Source: a virus
Lineage: Duplodnaviria > Heunggongvirae > Uroviricota > Caudoviricetes
Reading direction: 5' to 3' (one strand)
Length of the DNA stretch: 19,102 bases
Virus record (IMG/VR): IMGVR_UViG_2630968705_000015
Positions 16,820-19,102 of the stretch are shown here, in pieces. The translations under genes were made by a program, and so were the position numbers. Under the pieces are notes generated by a model. The model did no database searches. It saw nothing but the letters and a program-made list of their open reading frames with translations, and had not been told where the DNA came from. Numbering within the stretch: position 1 is the stretch's first letter; each line of letters opens with the position of its first letter.

Positions 16820-17316
16820 TGCCGGTAATTAACACGCATCAGAATATCGCCGCCTTTCTCGACATGCTGGCAGTGTCCGAAGGGACGGCGAATCATCCGC
16901 TGACGAAAAACCGGGGCTATGACGTGATAGTCACCGGACTGGACGGGAAGCCGGAAATATTCACCGACTACAGTGACCACCCGTTCGCGCATGGCCGACC
17001 GGCGAAGGTGTTTAACCGTCGCGGTGAAAAATCCACGGCCTCCGGTCGCTATCAGCAGCTTTACCTGTTCTGGCCGCACTACCGCAAACAGCTTGCCCTG
17101 CCTGATTTCAGTCCGTTGTCACAGGACAGACTCGCCATTCAGTTGATCCGCGAACGCGGTGCACTGGATGACATCCGGGCGGGACGCATTGAGCGCGCCA
17201 TTTCACGCTGTCGCAATATCTGGGCGTCCCTGCCGGGTGCCGGTTACGGTCAGCGTGAGCATTCACTGGAAAAACTGGTCACCGTCTGGCGTACCGCTGG
17301 CGGCGTACCGGCTTAA
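16819..17316 (+). CDS. K: Endolysin, lambda R-like lytic transglycosylase/lysozyme family (P2 K-like, 165 aa)
   Basis: Motifs FLDMLAVSEGT, GYDVIV, FTDYSDHP, GRYQQL and IWASLPGAGYGQ closely resemble phage lambda R endolysin. Start overlaps the Y stop. Confidence 0.9.
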   Translation: MPVINTHQNIAAFLDMLAVSEGTANHPLTKNRGYDVIVTGLDGKPEIFTDYSDHPFAHGRPAKVFNRRGEKSTASGRYQQLYLFWPHYRKQLALPDFSPLSQDRLAIQLIRERGALDDIRAGRIERAISRCRNIWASLPGAGYGQREHSLEKLVTVWRTAGGVPA

Positions 17317-17330
17317 ACGGAGTAAACACC

Positions 17331-17756
17331 ATGAAGAAATTATCCCTTTCACTGATGCTGAACGTGTCGCTGGCGCTGATGCTGGCACTGTCCCTGATTT
17401 ACCCGCAGAGCGTGGCCGTCAGTTTTGTCGCTGCCTGGGCGATTCTGGCGACGGTTATCTGTGTGGTTTCCGGTGGTGTCGGGGTGTATGCCACTGAGTA
17501 TGTGCTGGAACGCTACGGGCGGGAGCTGCCGCCGGAATCGCTGACTGTGAAGATTGTCACGTCGCTGTTTTTGCAGCCGGTGACGTGGTGCAGACGGGCG
17601 GCGGCTCTGGTGGTGATGGTGGCGACATTTATCTCGCTGGTCGCCGCCGGGTGGATTTTTACTGCGCTGATTTATCTCGTGGCGTCGGTGTTCTTCCGGC
17701 TGATACGTACGGCCTGCCGTCAGCGTTTTGAGGGGCGGGAACCATGTCAAAGCTGA
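17331..17756 (+). CDS. lysA: Lysis-timing membrane protein (P2 LysA-like, 141 aa)
   Basis: Very hydrophobic multi-transmembrane protein in the lysis cassette. 141 aa. Confidence 0.7.
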   Translation: MKKLSLSLMLNVSLALMLALSLIYPQSVAVSFVAAWAILATVICVVSGGVGVYATEYVLERYGRELPPESLTVKIVTSLFLQPVTWCRRAAALVVMVATFISLVAAGWIFTALIYLVASVFFRLIRTACRQRFEGREPCQS

Positions 17757-18169
17757 TGATTGTGCTGGTTGTGTTGTTATCACTGGCGGTGGCGGGGCTG
17801 TTTCTGGCGAAGCATGAAAACGCCAGCCTGCGCGCCTCGCTGGACAGGGCGAACAACGTCGCCAGCGGTCAGCAGACGACCATCACCATGCTGAAAAATC
17901 AGCTTCATGTTGCCCTCACCAGAGCAGACAAAAACGAGCTGGCGCAGGTGGTACTGCGTCAGGAACTGGAGAACGCCGCGAAGCGTGAAGCACAGCGCGA
18001 GAAAACCATCACGAGGTTACTGAATGAAAACGAGGATTTTCGCCGCTGGTATGGCGCTGACCTGCCTGATGCTGTGCGCCGGTTGCACCAGCGTCCGGCC
18101 TGCACCGACGCCAGTGATTGTCGCCAACGCCTGCCCGAAAGTGAGTCTTTGCCCGATGCCGGGCAGTGA
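17744..18169 (+). CDS. lysB: Inner-membrane spanin (Rz-like; P2 LysB-like, 141 aa)
   Basis: N-terminal transmembrane segment followed by a charged coiled-coil-like region. Overlaps the lysA stop. 141 aa. Confidence 0.75.
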   Translation: MSKLMIVLVVLLSLAVAGLFLAKHENASLRASLDRANNVASGQQTTITMLKNQLHVALTRADKNELAQVVLRQELENAAKREAQREKTITRLLNENEDFRRWYGADLPDAVRRLHQRPACTDASDCRQRLPESESLPDAGQ

Positions 18170-18314
18170 CCCGGAGACGAACGGCGATTTAAGTGCCGAT
18201 ATCCGGCAGCTTGAGAACGCGCTGGCACGCTGTGCCAGCCAGGTAAAAATGATTAAACACTGTCAGGACGAAACCGATGCTCAAACCCGACAGCCTGCGC
18301 AGGGCGCTGACTGA
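18024..18314 (+). CDS. lysC: Outer-membrane lipoprotein spanin (Rz1-like; P2 LysC-like, 96 aa)
   Basis: Starts inside lysB in a different frame. Signal peptide with lipobox LCAGC, proline-rich. GAGG site 8 nt before the ATG. Confidence 0.7.
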   Translation: MKTRIFAAGMALTCLMLCAGCTSVRPAPTPVIVANACPKVSLCPMPGSDPETNGDLSADIRQLENALARCASQVKMIKHCQDETDAQTRQPAQGAD

Positions 18315-18744
18315 TGCCGTCACGGTACTGAAAACTAACCCCGATATGCTGCGGATATTCGTGGATAACGGGAGTATTGCCTCCACACTGGCGACGTCGC
18401 TGTCATTTGAAAAGCGTTACACGCTCAATGTCATTGTGACCGACTTTACCGGTGATTTTGACCTGCTCATCGTGCCGGTGCTGGCGTGGCTGCGGGAAAA
18501 TCAGCCCGACATCATGACCACCGACGAAGGCCAGAAAAAGGGCTTCACGTTTTATGCAGACATCAACAATGACAGCAGCTTTGATATCAGCATCAGCCTG
18601 ATGCTGACCGAGCGCACGCTGGTCAGTGAGGTGGGCGGCGCACTGCATGTGAAGAATATCCCGGAACCTCCGCCGCCGGAGCCGGTCACCCGCCCGATGG
18701 AGCTGTATATCAATGGCGAACTGGTGAGCAAGTGGGATGAATGA
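18277..18744 (+). CDS. R: Tail completion protein (P2 R-like, 155 aa)
   Basis: ORF track, ATG at 18277. 155 aa. Position after the lysis genes. Confidence 0.75.
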   Translation: MLKPDSLRRALTDAVTVLKTNPDMLRIFVDNGSIASTLATSLSFEKRYTLNVIVTDFTGDFDLLIVPVLAWLRENQPDIMTTDEGQKKGFTFYADINNDSSFDISISLMLTERTLVSEVGGALHVKNIPEPPPPEPVTRPMELYINGELVSKWDE

Positions 18745-19102
18745 GTTTAAGCGTTTTGAAGACCGGCTGACCGGACTGATTGAGTCGCTGTCACCGTCAG
18801 GGCGTCGGCGACTGAGTGCCGAACTGGCGAAACGTCTGCGGCAGAGTCAGCAGCGTCGGGTGATGGCGCAGAAAGCCCCGGACGGCACACCCTACGCGCC
18901 ACGTCAGCAGCAGAGCGTCAGAAAAAAGACCGGTCGTGTTAAGCGAAAAATGTTTGCGAAACTTATCACCAGTCGTTTTTTGCATATCCGCGCCAGCCCG
19001 GAGCAGGCATCAATGGAATTTTACGGCGGGAAGTCGCCGAAAATCGCCAGTGTGCATCAGTTCGGTCTGTCGGAAGAAACCCGTGCGTATTACCGTGAAG
19101 GA
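18737..19102 (+). CDS. S: Tail completion protein (P2 S-like), truncated by the window end
   Basis: ATG at 18737 overlapping the end of R. I translated it by hand: open frame MNEFKRFEDRLTGLIESLSP... runs to the window edge. Absent from the ORF track because it has no stop. Confidence 0.7.
   Translation, partial: MNEFKRFEDRLTGLIESLSPSGRRRLSAELAKRLRQSQQRRVMAQKAPDGTPYAPRQQQSVRKKTGRVKRKMFAKLITSRFLHIRASPEQASMEFYGGKSPKIASVHQFGLSEETRAYYREG

Larger units (their letters stand above)
667..19102. mobile_element. P2-family (Peduovirus-like) prophage, left end; continues beyond the window
   Basis: att core, then int-C-cox-B-A, variable locus, cos, Q-P / O-N-M-L-X-Y-K-lysA-lysB-lysC-R-S with P2-like sizes and order. 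Confidence 0.9.

Noticed and set aside
1-19102. CRISPR array or rRNA genes
   Set aside because: No regularly spaced direct repeats or rRNA-like sequence were seen anywhere in the window.

Overview
This window is the left (attL) junction and about 18.4 kb of a P2-family prophage, read from the bacterial flank into the tail-completion genes. The prophage carries a two-gene SIR2-like + HerA-like ATPase cassette in the P2 variable locus between replication gene A and cos; this is the candidate anti-phage system and the main finding. Layout: a small lipoprotein gene on the bacterial side (1-318), then the 27-bp P2 attachment core at 667-693 (identical to the 3' end of the cyaR sRNA gene as I recall it), then integrase, C repressor, cox, B, four small early ORFs, A, the cargo cassette, cos, and the late genes Q, P, O, N, M, L, X, Y, K, lysA, lysB, lysC, R and a truncated S. 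Gene order and protein lengths match P2 as I remember them. The cassette is AT-rich (roughly 35-40% GC by eye) against a GC-rich backbone. The SIR2-like protein has GAGAS, TTNYD and LHGS motifs; the ATPase has Walker A GSTGYGKS, Walker B LLLEEAHH and a TQRP motif. This matches the SIR2-HerA family already described in the defence-system literature, so it is probably a variant of a known family rather than a new one; I cannot test novelty or divergence without a database search. The supplied ORF track uses TTG/GTG as well as ATG starts, so I moved several starts to internal ATGs with better ribosome-binding sites. No tRNA, rRNA or CRISPR array was seen. All family assignments rest on motifs, synteny and remembered lengths, not on searches.
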